A stretch of 64,000 nucleotides of DNA from the human T2T-CHM13v2.0 reference genome, Homo sapiens, in the NCBI RefSeq assembly GCF_009914755.1, contig NC_060926.1. One strand, given 5' to 3'. The notes beneath the pieces are model-generated. The model searched no databases. It was given only the letters and a program-made list of their open reading frames with translations, and was not told the origin of the DNA. Shown here piece by piece: positions 30,742-48,398 of the stretch; the first letter of the stretch is position 1; each line of letters starts with the position of its first letter. The translations under genes were made by a program, and so were the position numbers.

Positions 30742-33529
30742 AAGACTAAATTAAATAAACCCTACCAGTGGTTTCGGGGTGGGAGAGGTGGTGAGGAAGT
30801 TTGCCCACGCTGGCTCTTTTGGTCTGGGGAAGGAAGCTAATGACTTTGCAAATTCCTGTCCCCTAAAAAGACCTGCTACTGGGGGGTGAGGGCGGAACAT
30901 CATAACCCACATTCTAAATGGCTATTCAATATTCTACAGAGAAACCTCTTGCCAGCTGTCTGCTCAAGCTAAAAGTTTGAATGTTAAAAAAATCAAGTGA
31001 AAGACACAAGGTTAGTCCACACTCCACAAACAGTGTCCAACAAGAAGTGGTGGTCAAAAGGAAGAGAAGAGACAGACTCAGATGTGGAAATAAAATTTTC
31101 TGTTCCAAAGTCATTGCAAACTTACAGAAAGAATGCTGATGTCTAGCATCTCAAAACTCTTCCCTGGAGCTCTGAGGACTCTGTTGCTGGAAGTTAAGAC
31201 ACCAGTGAGAGCCCCATATTACCCCTACAGGGTTATATCTGTTGACTGTGCAGTTACACCCACCGTGATCATATGTAACTGCCACAGCCACAGAACTCCT
31301 GGCAGCAATTCAAATAAAACTCCACGTGAGAGATACCAAAAGGCAACAGAAAGAACCATCAGGAGTCAGGAGGCCTAGTTGTGGTCCAAGTTCCACAAAT
31401 AACAAGCTATGACCTTGAGCAAGTCACTATACTTCACTGGCCCTCAGTTTCCTTATTTATAAAGTGAAAGTGAGGGACATAAACATCTCTCACCTTTGGA
31501 GCTGGACATTTGCCACATTTTGGTGATTCTTCAGGGATATGAAATACACCAAATAACCTCCGAAATTCTATACAGGGATTTGAATTACTAATTCTTTAAA
31601 AGACAACATTGCTTTCACACTGGAGTGTGGTGGTGAGCAGAGGATGGAAGTAAATTAAAAGAAGCTCCCTGACAGGTGGGAAGTAGAGGCAGGAATTAGG
31701 GAAGCATTACTTCCTTGGGGATATTCACTCTTTATGCTCCAATCACTCTGATCTCCCTAATATAGGCACATTTTTGAAACCTGAAGGCAAAGAGATTTTC
31801 TGTTAAAGATTCTCTGAAAGAGTGTTCAGGAAGTTTAATAATTTCCTTGAAAGTCACTCCTTGTATGTCTACTGTACAAGCAGTACAAGCAGTGTGTCCA
31901 CATCCTCCTGGGTCTCGGCTTCATGGCTGAAAGTCCAAAGAGCCCGTTCAGCATTAGAGCTATACCCTTAGTGGGTCCAAAGACTCACTCTCTTCACCTG
32001 CCACTTTCTTGATATGTGTACAATTTTTTCATCTGATTCTTGGCCCTGAGTCCCTTTAGAGGCAACTCACTAGGTGCCATGAGCATTGTGGTTTGTGTTT
32101 CTATTCTAAGTTGACTTCGTTCCACTTTTTCAAGTTTCTGGATATTTTTTCAAGCTACGGATCTTCATCCACAGCACAAAATGTCCACTTAAAAAAATAA
32201 AGTGGATTTCTCACTCTTTCCCCTGAATGGAAAAAAAATGTCTTAGTTGTCTCTCCAGGTAAACCTGGGGTATCAGCCATGTTCTGATAGCCAGCTTCAC
32301 CTGACCACCCTTCCCTAATAAGGAACCTCTTTTACAGAATAATTAACCTTCTACACTGCTCTCCAAGCTAATGGGGAACATCTGCTTAGGAGCCCTCCAT
32401 GGCTGCTTCATCTCCCTCCCCGCAAAACCCACCCGCCTCCTTCAAGAAAGGCCCTAATGATTCTGGTATAGTTACCTTCTCTCCCTACCCCCTTTAACAA
32501 TCTAGCATCTTCCTTAAAAAACACAATCAGGGAATCCTAACCAGGCAGGCGTGACTCCTAAGCAGATGGCAGGCCTCATAATTAGGTCATTACATAATAC
32601 CTCTTCTCTAACTAGCTTCTCTCCACCTCATTCCGAGACTCTGGGTTGATGAGCTTTACACTGTGGTTACTTTAATTATAATTCGCTCTTGGGAACTTGG
32701 TAATACCATGTTTTGATAAAAGAAAAGAAATGGGGTAAGAGTATAAGAAAGTCAGAGTCAGAAGGTTGCTTTCAGCTTCAGTTTTGAATAGTCCAGACTT
32801 GTAGGGGTAACTTTTTCTCTTGGTGCCTTGGTTTCCCAACTTGTTTCAAGTTGGGAACTTGCCTCAAGCCAATCCCCAGTTGCACTGGTTCTAATACAGG
32901 ACTCAAGCTAAACGTTACATCACATGACATGATTTCTAAGGGACACTACGTCACATTTAGGTGTCAGGTCAGGCTCTTGGTGACACACCATTGAACTAGA
33001 TTGCACAAGGTGGTATCCTCACGCACACAGGCAGCGACTGGTCTCAGTAAGATCCCAGGTCAGCATCAAGTCTTTGAACTCCCTCAACCTTCAACCCCAG
33101 GCACTCAGAGACCTCGATTACTCACCAGGAAATCTAAAGCCTTCCACCTCACTTCCAGTGCAGCGTCCCCACTCTGGTCTCCCTCCTTCTCCTAGAGCTT
33201 TCCACACTCTAAAAATCACTGTTCCCTTTGCCCAACAACTACATTGCCTTTCTTACCAATCTGTTTTTAGGGATCCTGGGTCTCATACCCATCTCATATC
33301 TGTATGAATAGTCTACAGTGAAGAAAAGTCATCTACATACATGTTCCCATTTCCTCATCACAATAAACCCAAATTATCATTTTGTAGATTCAAAAACTGA
33401 GGTCCAGATAAGTGTTATCCAAAAAAACTACATAAAAATTCAAGCTTTAATTGAGGATTATAAGAAGAGACTATTCTATGAAAAGGAGAGATCTATAATC
33501 TCCAATTGGCATAACATATAAGAGATATT

Positions 33530-33668
33530 CTTTTTTAAATTAATTTTTTGTAGAGATGGGGTCTCACTTTGTTGCCCAGGCTGGTTTCAAATCCCTGGCT
33601 TCAAGCAATCCTCCTGGCCCGGCCTCCCAAAGTATTGGGACTACAGGTGTGAGCCACTGCGCCCAGCC
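33530..33668 (-). mobile_element. FLAM / Alu left monomer
   Basis: Antisense monomer only. Confidence 0.85.
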
Positions 33669-35064
33669 AGGAGATATTCTTAAGCTAGAGGTCCATGTCC
33701 CCACACCACCCCAACTCCCCAAGGACCTCTGGTTAACATTTATGCTTCGGCACTGAGTTTTCCAAGTTCTGACCCTGGACTGGGACAGTAGTTATGTTGG
33801 CCCCTGGTTCCAATGGGCTGGCCTAGGAGCTTGGTGCCTGTCATCACTGCAATTCTCAGACTCCAATACCTAACGCTACCCTCCTCTCCAGAGTCCTGTC
33901 CAAAGTCCTGTATCTCTCCTGCATCGTTAAAGGCAGCCTTGAGTTCTAAAACCTACTGAAAAATACCAGAAACCAAATTTAAGAATCACTTACCCAAAAA
34001 GTATGTTTGGACTAGATCAAAAGTTTTACATATGATGTGGCATATGGTACTAGGAAAAGAGGATGACCTTTCAGTCAGTAGTTTCCAGGGTTTGATTTCT
34101 AGCAATGAAACTTGTTTACATAAACTTGAGAAAGTTACTTAACTTCTTTAAGCCTCAGTTATTATCCATATTTTACAGATGTGGAAACTTTCTCCCCCAA
34201 AGCTATTGAAAAGCACTAAAGAAAAAAATATACAAAAATTGGCCTAGCACAGTGCTGGGCAAACAACTCTTCCCTCCACCTTCCCTCTGGCACCACCCTC
34301 TGCCTGATTGGTGCGGAGTGCTCCCTGCCCTCCGCACGTCACTGCCCCAAGGGGTCTGGGAAAAACTCCGAAAAATATGCAGTCTACAAGAACACTGTGA
34401 GATGAACCGGAGGATTATGAACTCATTAAAAAGAATAGCAAAGAGATCAGGGTGACCACCAGTGGGGCAGGTTTTGTCTAAGCACTGCATTTCTAAAATA
34501 ATCATTATGCAGCTTTTTCCGGCCTTTTCCAGGTGAGATGCTTAAAAATGAACTGAGAACAAAGCAGTCAACTGAAAACCTGTGGGCCTATGAACCTAAG
34601 GCAAAGTGGGTGGTTGAATACCAGGCTGGTAATGAGGCAGAAAGGCAGGCAGGGGACTTTTGGCACAAGGTAACCATGGGCTTTGGGGGCAACTTACCAC
34701 AGTGTTGAGGAACCATTTACAGAGCTTCAGGAGCTCAAAGAGGGCCTGGCAATGACAATATTCAAAAGGCTTAAAAACACAAAAGACGTCAGGAAACCTG
34801 GGTTCCAATTGTGGCTCTGCATTAACCAGCTATGTGATCTTAGGCTAAAAACTCTTCAAAGACAAGGAAAGTATTTTTCTTTGCATTTTCTGAATCACCT
34901 AGAATAACAAAGTCAATGCTCGGTAACTACTGAATGAAGGAGTGTCTGGCTTCTGAGATCTCTGGGCCTTAGTTTTCTCTCCTATATCACAAAAGAGTTG
35001 GAAAGATTATCCCTAGGGCCACTCCCGGGCTCACATTCATTCCATTGTTCTTTAGACACAGAAA

Positions 35065-35242
35065 AGTTTCTCAATTCTAACAGCACATCAGAATCACCTT
35101 GGAAGTTTTTAAAAAGATAATTCTCCAGTTTCCCAGCTGGAACATACTGAGATTCAAAATCCTTAGGGTGGTGGGTTTGGGTCGGGCGGAGGGTAAAATC
35201 TGCACAGGTGAGCCTAATAGGCAGTTAGCTGTGAGAACCAAT
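35065..35242. mobile_element. MER5A-like hAT fragment
   Basis: 'ttctcaa...gcacatcagaatcaccttggaag...tgagaacca'. Confidence 0.55.
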
Positions 35243-35388
35243 GCACCATGCTTTCAAATGCAGTAATCTTCTAATCTTCAAGGAACAAGGGACTTGAGGC
35301 TGGGTCCTTCTTCCATATCTTCTGCCTTTCTGCCCAAATCAGCAGCTTTCATTTTCTAAAGCAAACCTGCCTCATTTCTTTTCTTTAA

Positions 35389-36370
<982 letters not shown>

Positions 36371-37673
36371 ACCTGCTTCATTTCTAAGGAGCAAGACTTT
36401 GGAGTTAGATAAGGGTTCAAATCCCACAGCCAACACTCCATAGTAACGTGACCTGAGTTCACATATAACATGAGCAACCATCCCCTGTTCCACAGAGGTT
36501 ATTGTGAAGATTATGTGAGACAGCATCATAAAGCACCCGGCACACATCTAAACACAGAAGCTCTTAACAAATGTTCATCCCTGTCTCCTCCACCCCCTTC
36601 TTTCCTAAGTAAGGCCCATCAGGTGGGTACCTGACATCACCTGCACCTTCAGAAAAACTCTAGTTATGGGAACTTTTGCTGATATAGGACATGCTCCACT
36701 TTCAGTATTTGTCACGGACATCAGTTTCCCCATCCCTTATAGTAAGAAAGAAGAGTAAACCCATTCCCTTAACTAAGAACTCCCTCTCTGTTATAACGGT
36801 TTGTTTCAGCAGTAGATGGCTACAGGTGACGCAGGTATCCAGAAATCCTGCCCTCCAAATGATCAAAGCAGGCCTAGTCCTGGATGCCTGTGACATCTGA
36901 GTGTATCTGAAACCATCTGTGGGTGCTAAGCTAATTGCATCATTTTGTTACTCCTCAGTTCTTACATTTGTTTTATACTTGCTACCACAGCTACATGATT
37001 TTTTTTTTCTTTTTTTAATGGAGGTTTTTATGATGTCTCCTTTAAACAGGCTGGTCTTATTGAGTTCCTCTGCATTATTTATTTTTATCCAATGGCACAT
37101 GTGATCTGTGGATCAAGGTTTACTATTGTTAGGACTATCCCAGTACATTATGTAGGAGAATATTTTATAAAGAGCTCAATCTGGATCCTCTACAGAATAA
37201 ATGAAAGAACTGCTACCAAAAAGGCAGCCTCTGATTTTCAAAAGAACTTCCGTTGCTTTTTAGATGCCTTTTAGAAAAGAAGGAATCCACCTTGAGGGAT
37301 ATATGAACAATATGCTCACATGGTTCACATGAAGTCAGTCTTCTTTCAGAGCCTGATCACAAAGGCCATTACTAGTGTCAGCTGGGGTTAAAGATCAAAG
37401 TTCAGGTGAGAAACCAGAGTTTTCACTGAATCCCTTGGTCAGAGATGTGGCCGACTGGAGAGGAGTTGCACAGTCCTTAGATCAGGAAACAAGGTGGCAC
37501 TACGTGGAGATAGTTCAAAGTCAGGAAATAAACTGAACAGAGTTCCAGCCAAGAAGTGGAGCATATACAGGACAAAGTTGAAAATATAATTATTGGACTC
37601 TGAAGCCGGGTAGCGGTCAAGCAACGAGGCAGAGAGTCAAGACCTAGAAAGATCAGCAGGAAAAGGAGTCCTA

Positions 37674-38187
<514 letters not shown>

Positions 38188-39790
38188 CTACTTTGTTTTA
38201 AGGTAGCTCCATTTTGTCTCCACAGAAGAAAGCCAAGCAAGATAATAAAAAGAGAACATGGTCCAACTGGTTCTGATTAAAAAAAAAATTCATAGAAGCT
38301 AGCTCTGCCAGGCCAGGGAATAAGTCAAAAAACCTCTGAATGGCTCTGCTCACTAGGGACGACCAGCAATGGAAGCCAGACAGGAAGATAAGCTGGGAGC
38401 TTCACTACCACTGCATGAGCTCAGGTAAAAACAAGACTCCATCATCCTCTTCCTCCAGCAGAACACATCATGTCATTCTCTACAGTCTCCACAAACTAGA
38501 CAAGGCGCATTAACTTCCTAGTCACTTCAGTACATATCAGAAATGTGAAAAAGAGGCCGACTGGAACCTGCCCCTAAACCACCCACTTTTCGTTGGTATT
38601 TTATCACAAAGCCCTTTCCGTAGCAGCAGAAATGCTAAGGATTAAAGCAGAGGACACTGGGGGCTTTGGTTAGCAAAGATGCCTGAGAACAGAGGAGAGC
38701 ACACATTCCAAGAAAGCTATACAGAGAAACTGTTTTGATCAGTCGGTACACCCACCCCCAGACTGCCATTCCGCAGTGCCTGTCCTTCCTGGAGGACAGA
38801 GCCAGGGCAGGAGTGATTCAGCATAAGCCATCCCCACTAACCTTGTACACAGCCTACTTAATATAGCAGGCTTAGATGTCTCAATTTTTAACTGGCAACG
38901 CTAAGATTCTGCATATTGCAGATACAGGAGCAAATCAAAAACCATTTTTAGATTTGCACAATTTCTCTAGTTAGGAATCCCAATATCAATACATACTATC
39001 TTTGGCTTAACCATCTACTAACTGGAAAAGCCTCAACTTCTCTAAAGCTCCATTTTCACAGTTGTAAAATGGGAATAAGTATATCCTATCAATCTTAAAA
39101 TTAGTAGAAAAGTCAAATGAAATAAATCACGAGAGATTTAATATGGCAACAAAATGTACTGTCTCTTCCAATCTCCATTCCCACCTCCCCAAAACACAAA
39201 CTTTACTGGAGCGATAAGGCATGAGACATTGAGAAAAAATATAAGCCTACATCGAGCACCTACTATGGAAAGATGAATGTCAGCTCGATTGCTAGGGAAA
39301 GTTTTTTGCGAACAGATTTCAGATGAATTCTGAAAGACTGGTAAGATTGGAAAAGGCAAATCCATTTTCTATGTCCATATTGTATGGAGCATTTATTTAA
39401 ACTGTAGTTAGAATATCTACAGTTAAGGAGTTAACATTATAAATATCATCAGTCACTCTCTATGACTTTTAGAAATATGGAGATTTAGGCACAAAGTGGA
39501 GAAAGAACTCAACTCAAAAGGTCACAACAGCAAAGAAGAAAATGAAGCCCAGTTCAGCACCCAGGCTCTACAGGAGCATGAAATAACTGGTGATCAATCA
39601 AAACCAGTAAGGTCTACTGACCAACACCACTGTGACCGTACCCAAGAGATTTACCATATGCCACCAAGGTATGGAAGTATCATTCCTACAAGCCATGGTA
39701 AACCAGGGAAAGAGAAATAAGACTATGTTGCAGGATGATGTCTTCATAAAAGACTCATAAATCACTTTATTCTAGAGCCAACGGGGTTAA

Positions 39791-40174
<384 letters not shown>

Positions 40175-40574
40175 TGTTCTATATTTCAAACCACAAAGAC
40201 CACAGCCAGTTTAATGGAGCTTAAATTGGAAAGTTGGAACAAGATGTCACCAAGGCATCTGCTGACAATTTTCCTAACACTTTTATTAATAACTCCCAGT
40301 TACCCTCTCCTGGTTCTCCTAGTCCACAGAGAGGTCAATAAGAGCAAATGAGGAAGTGAAGCAGAAGAACCAAGATCTTTCATTGCAGTTTGGAATCCAA
40401 AACTGCAACAAAAGGAAGACCGCTCCAAATTCCCAGTATCTCCAATCTCTAGACTAGAATACAATTTTCAAGAAATAGTCGACCTGAGTATTCCACTCAG
40501 CCAATGACTGGTCTCTTGTCCTGCCAGTGTTTCTTATTGGGTACTGCCTCAACTCACTTTAAGGTTTATCATAC

Positions 40575-40770
40575 CACTGCTTCTCAAGAGAGGGTAGTTT
40601 TGGCCCAAAGAGGGCAACTGGCAATATCTGGAGACATTTCCAGTTGTCACAACTGGGGAGACAAGGGGTGCTGCTGGCATCAAGTGGGCAGAGGTCAAGG
40701 GATGCCAACATCCTAATAATGCACAGGACAGCCCCCCACAACAGCGGCCTATTCAATAAAAATGTTTGCA
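40575..40770 (+). mobile_element. MER20 DNA transposon
   Basis: 'ggcaatatctggagacattt...gttgtcacaactgggg...aatgcacaggacagcccccacaaca'. Confidence 0.85.
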
Positions 40771-42983
40771 ACTTCTGACTTAAGTGTCAAAAATAAAACT
40801 GTAAAACTGCTAAAAGAAAATTACAACTGTACTATAACTTTGGAGGTAGAGATGGTTTTCTATAAACATAACATGAAAAGAGTAACCAAAAATTTGATTC
40901 ATTTCTTCCTCATTAAAATGTGAAACTTCTCTGTGGCAAATAAAACAAAACCCACAAAGTTAGTGGCAAGTGAAAAAAAGTTTCAACATCAAAAATGTTA
41001 CACAAAATTCAATAAAGTTCTACCCTGAGATTCACAGTTCTACCCTGAGATTCACAGATTTGGCTTATGATAATTGGACTCATTTAACATCTCTTCTTCA
41101 AATTATGAGGCATTTCTTCACATTCATGAAGACTTACATGAATTTTGTACACTCCATGAACAAGTGAGTGTCTTAAGGCTCATCATGCCTGTGTTCTAAA
41201 TAGTTGCTGTGTTAAGTTCTTCTCTTACAGAACCAGTGGTTTGCTAGTTTATAAGCCTGAATAACTTCATGCGTCACATTCCCTAAAATGCATTTTCTCA
41301 TTGACTTTAGTTTCCACTGCTGCTTGCATTTTTAGTATTAAAGACTAAATTACATAAACATTAATTTAAAAGAATTATAACATCAAATATTGGCAAGAAT
41401 ATAGTGAAACAGAAGTGTGCTTTGATAAGATACATTGGAAGCATTCAGAAAGTAGACATCCATTGATCCAACAATTATTTTGGGACTCTGATGAAATGTA
41501 GAAGTGTATATATTTAAAGATGCTTTATGCAGTGTTAATAACCAAAGTTGGAAACCTAAATATTTAGCACTAGGAAATTGACTAACTAGATTATGGTATA
41601 TCCATGCAGCCTTAAAATAAACATCTATACTCAGTGATATGGAAAAATGTTCACAACATATTATTGAGTTTAAAAAAACAGGCTTTACAAAATGGTTAAG
41701 AGGGTATACTTTTTATTGTGTATTTTTACCACAAGTAAATTTTTTTTAAATAAAAAAGCAGGCTTCATGTTCTCACACATAAATTTGGTATATATATTAT
41801 ATAACATGTATTTTATATAATATGCAAATATATCTTATTATATACTATCTTTATACATAGAAAAGGGCTGAAGAGCTAAATACCATACTAATGTGCTAAA
41901 AGTAATTAAATCTATGGGTGATATGAGTTGTTTTATATATCTTTTCTTTCATGTTTCTAAATATTTATAATTAATGTGAATTAGTTGCAGTAAAATTTGT
42001 CAAGATAAGCTACTATTTACATCTCAGTGCTCCAAACTGTATACTGGATAAAATTCCACCTTTTCTAGTTAACTGGAGAAATCATCACAAACATTTATTA
42101 CCTGTTTCTCACTCAATGCTGGGATGCCTCAGAGGCTACTAGAGTGTACAATGCTACTTCCCTCACTCATTAGGTAGCTCCAGACTGTAATCCTTTTAAC
42201 TCCTCTGCCAGCTTTAACATTTCTGTCTTTGACCTTAGCGGCTCTTGCCATTGTTCTCTACTGTCAGGTTGGCGTCCTTCTCCATTTTAATGTATTGCTT
42301 TTAATTCAACAGTAAATCAAAAGTATAAGAACTCATTAATAAAAACAAGAAAGAATAAAAAGACTGAGGGAGGGGACAGGGTCTCTCCTAAGGTACAAGT
42401 TGGAATCCGCTTTTGTGAGCAATTTCTACTGCCCCCAGATTTTTCTTTGGGAAGGGGAGGGGAGGTAGTGGTATATCTCTAAATTCAAAGCTAGGTTTTA
42501 GCACAATTGTTCAACTCTCTCCACCATAACACATATATCCAAAGACATTCAAAAATAAGACATATGCCCATGGACATCTGGCACCCACATAAGGGCTCTA
42601 GTTCAAGTAGGAGGATCCTGTGGATCGTGTGTAGCCCCTTAGGGTAAGAGCTGTACCTCCACATCATTCTTTGCACTCAAGAAAACGTATCAAAATTTGA
42701 AGGACAGTCATGTTATCGTGAGGATAACTTTGAACTTATTTGTTTATATGAATGAATTTCAAAATAAATGATTTACAATTCAGTGCTTTATACTTAACCA
42801 CATGACAGAGGTGTGTGGTAATACCATAGCAGAGAGCCATGTTTTCATGGTTACTACTGCCAGGAATGTGGCTACTGAAGAAATAGAACACTACTATGTC
42901 TAATTACCACAGGCCGAAAGTGAGGCCTCTTGTACCAAACAGTTAGCCAGGTTGTGAATGCAAAGAAAATGTTCTTGAAGGAA

Positions 42984-43721
<738 letters not shown>

Positions 43722-44527
43722 TCTTGAAGGAAATTTGAAGTGCTACATGAATGATATGGATAAAGTTTTAGTGTGCTGGATATAAGAACAAACCTGCCAA
43801 AACATTCCCTTACGCCAAAGTCTAATCTAGAGCTAGGCACCACTAACTCTCCTCAATTCTATGAAGGCTGGGGAGGTAAGAAAGCTCCAGAAGAAGTTTG
43901 AAGCCAGCAGAGGTTGGTTCATGAGGTTTAAGACAAGAAGTCATCTCTATTACATAAAAGTGCAAGGTGAGGCAGCAAGTGCTGATGTAGTTGTAGCAAG
44001 TTATCCATAAGATCTAGATAAGACCATTGATGAAGGTGGCTTCACTAAACAACAGATTCTCAATGGAGATGAAAAGCCTTATATTGGAAGAAGATGCCAT
44101 CTAAGACTTTCATAGCTAGAGAGGAGAAGTCAGTGCCTGGCTTCAAACCTGTGAAGGTCAGGCTGATGCTCCTGTTAGGAACTAATGCACCTGGTGACTT
44201 TAGGTTAAAGCCAATGCTCATTGGCCAGACTGAAAATCCTAGGGCACTTAAGAGTTATGCTAAATCTATTCTGCCTGTGCTCTATAAATGGAACAACAAG
44301 GCCTGGATGACAGCACATCTGTTTACAGAATGGTTAACTGAATAATTTAAGCCCACTGCAGACTTACTACTCAGGAAAAACAAAATTCGTTGCAAAATAT
44401 TACTGCTCCTTGACAATGCACCTAGTCATCCAAGAGCTCTGACGGAGATGCACAAGGAGATTAATGTTTTCATGCCTGCTAACACAACATACATTCTGTA
44501 GCTCATGGATCAAGGAGTAATTTTGAC

Positions 44528-44826
44528 TTTTTTTTTTTTTTTTTGAGACAAAGTCTCACTCTGTTGCTCAGGCTCAAGTGCAGTGGCGCCATTTTGGCTC
44601 ACTGAGACCTTGGCCTCCCAGGTTCAAGCAATTCTCCCCACCTCAGCCTCCCCAGTAGCTAGGATTACAGGCACCTGCCACCACGCCCAGCTAATTTTTG
44701 TATTTTTACTAGAGACAGGGTTTTGCCATGTTGGCCAGGCTGGTCTTGAACTCCTGACCTTAGGTGATCCACCTGCCTTCACCTCCCAAAGTGCTGGAAT
44801 TACAGGTGTGGGCCACCATGCCCGGG
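44528..44826 (-). mobile_element. Alu inserted in Tigger1
   Basis: TSD aattttgacttt. Confidence 0.93.
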
Positions 44827-45880
44827 GAATTTTGACTTTCAAGTATTATTATTTAAGAAATACATTTCATAAGGCAATAGCTGCCACAGATAGAGGCTCC
44901 TCTGATGGACCTGGGCAAAGTAAATTTAAAACCTTCTGGAAAGGACTCACCATCTTAGATATTGCTAAGACCATTCATGCTTTTCTGGAGCATGGCAGGA
45001 GCTGAGCCACCAAACCTCAGGCAGTGGGCCTCTGTGACTAGCAGTTCCCTGCTCAGGTGAGTGCTGGAGAAGGAGCCTGGTGGAGCTGTGGGCGATGCAG
45101 AAGAATGCTGGGGTATGTGGTGGTGAGCCCAGGCTGAAGCTGCATGTTGGCCACCTTGCCTTGTCCCAGGGTGCACTCTCTGCCTTCTAACGCCCCCAGG
45201 AGTGGCTGGGGGTTTTTGCCATGGTGGTGGGGGAGTAGAAGGCGAGGGTGTTACCAGTGCCTGTGTTTAGGAGGTGGCTGTTTTGTTGGGAAAAGCTACT
45301 ACGAAGGGAAGTATTACCAAATTGGGTCTTTTTTTTTTTCTGTGTTCATAGTGTTCACAGCAAATCTGAGTGTTTTACTTAAAGCATGGAACACACAAAA
45401 CAACAAAAAATTTTAGCTAGTGCTTTAATCTCATCTGAAATTCTACAGGTGTGTGTTTTATAAGGCATTTATGGCAGAATTTCAAGCCAATCTGAGATTC
45501 TCTTTTTTTTTGGTGGCATTATTTTTGAAAACTACATACAGCTAAATGTTCAACTGGTGAAACTGAAAGTATTTCATTGACAAGAAATTAATCAAGAGGA
45601 AGAACCTGCAGCTCGCATGCTTCTGAGCTGCTACGGATGGCTCCGGCTCTCTGGACAGCCCCAGCTCCCTGGACAGCCCTTCCAAGTAGGATGTCACTAG
45701 GATCCCTCACATGGGGTCTCCTGTTGCTATCGCTCCTGAGTTTCCTCGTGATGTGTTACCTCAGCCTTCCCCACTACAATGTGACAGAACATGTAAACTG
45801 GATGTGCTTCTGGAGTATGAGACAATTTACAGACAATACCTTCACTTTGCATTTTGAGAGCATTCAAACTGCTCTCATCA

Positions 45881-46198
<318 letters not shown>

Positions 46199-46810
46199 CA
46201 TTTCTCATCATCCCAGTAACTTCCCATCCCTCAAATATGAAAGCCAGACAGGCCATTGGAGTTACTTGAGATGAAAAAAAAGTGTTGGTGGAGATAAGAG
46301 ATTCTTACGTTATGTCTGAAAGGGAAGACAAAATGTTAGCACTGTGCTTAGAGGGTGAACACCTTCTTTATGGTGACATAATGCAACCACATGTTTTGGA
46401 TACATATAATAACATGACCTTGAAAACCATTATGGCATTCAGGTGGGTAACTGAGTTTTGCCCCAATGCCAAGTACATCATGAATACAGACACTGATGTT
46501 TCCATCGATATTTGAAATTTAGTAAAGTATCTTTTAAACTGAAACCAGAGAAGTTTTTCACAGGTTATCCTCTGAGTAACAATTATTCCTACAGAGGATT
46601 TCACCAAAAACCCCATATTTTATACCAGAAGTATCCTTTCATGGTGTTCCCTCCATACTGCAGTGTGTTGGGTTATAAAATGTCCAGAGGTTGGTGCCAA
46701 GGATCTATAAATGATGAGTCATGTAAAACCCATTAAGTTTGAAGACGTTTATGTTGGGATCTGTTTGAATTTCTTAAAAGTGGATATTTATACTCCAGAA
46801 GACACAAACG

Positions 46811-47127
<317 letters not shown>

Positions 47128-48071
47128 CTTTTCTTTTTATGAAGAGTTGATGTGGATGTCTGTCAACTCAGATGTGTGATTGCAGCCCATGGCTTTTTTT
47201 ACAAGGAGATCATTACTTTTTGATAGATTATGCTAAGGAACATCACATGCCATTATTAACTTCACATTCTACCAAAAGCCTAGAGAAGGACATGACACTT
47301 TGTGGAAAGTGTTAAAGTTGTAGAAAATTCATGGGGAGGTCCGTGTGCTAGCTTACACTGAACTGAAGCTCATGAAGAACACACAGACTAGAGACTGGAG
47401 GGTTAAGGTGTGATTTATTTTGACAAAATTCAAGTCAGGCTCTTTAAAGATGATATTCAAAAGAATTAAATATAAAAGAAGTGGTGGTTTTTGCTACTGA
47501 AACTAATAAGACCAAACAATTCGAACATGTCTATAGACTAGAATTTCTTAAAAGTGACAGTGAATTATAAGCTCATTAGTCCATAATAAGAAAGCAATGT
47601 AGAGTTTTACTGAACAATCTAGTCACTTAATTTTGTGTATAACTTATGTGGATTACTAATTTAAAAATATATATAGTTCTGTGTAAAAAAAAAAAAAAAA
47701 AAAATCACTGAAATTATACCAAACAAAATTTCAACTGTTTTTGGTCATTTAGAAGATCCTTCACGATGTTGCAGTATTTCAGTTATCAAGTATTATTCGA
47801 TATTACCTCAGACTTTCTGGGTCTGTAAATGTTATGACAGTTTCAATACTATATAAATAGAATAGCAAATCACTCTTTACATTTGATGCTTTTCTAGTTA
47901 TTTCACTGATTAGGTTATTATTGATAGCTCCATTAATGTAAAGTCTTAGGTTGTTATTGTGTATCAGTAATCTCTTGGACTTTGTTAAACATTTTACTGT
48001 GATAATATAGAGAGAATTAAAGCAAGAAAAGCCTGAATTATTGCCTTGTTTTTAAAAATACAGTCTGCAAT

Positions 48072-48398
<327 letters not shown>

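Noticed and set aside
44094-44345. Transposase-like ORF suggesting a domesticated TIGD gene
   Set aside because: It is a short open piece of a Tigger1 fossil that has stops, frameshifts and multiple insertions.
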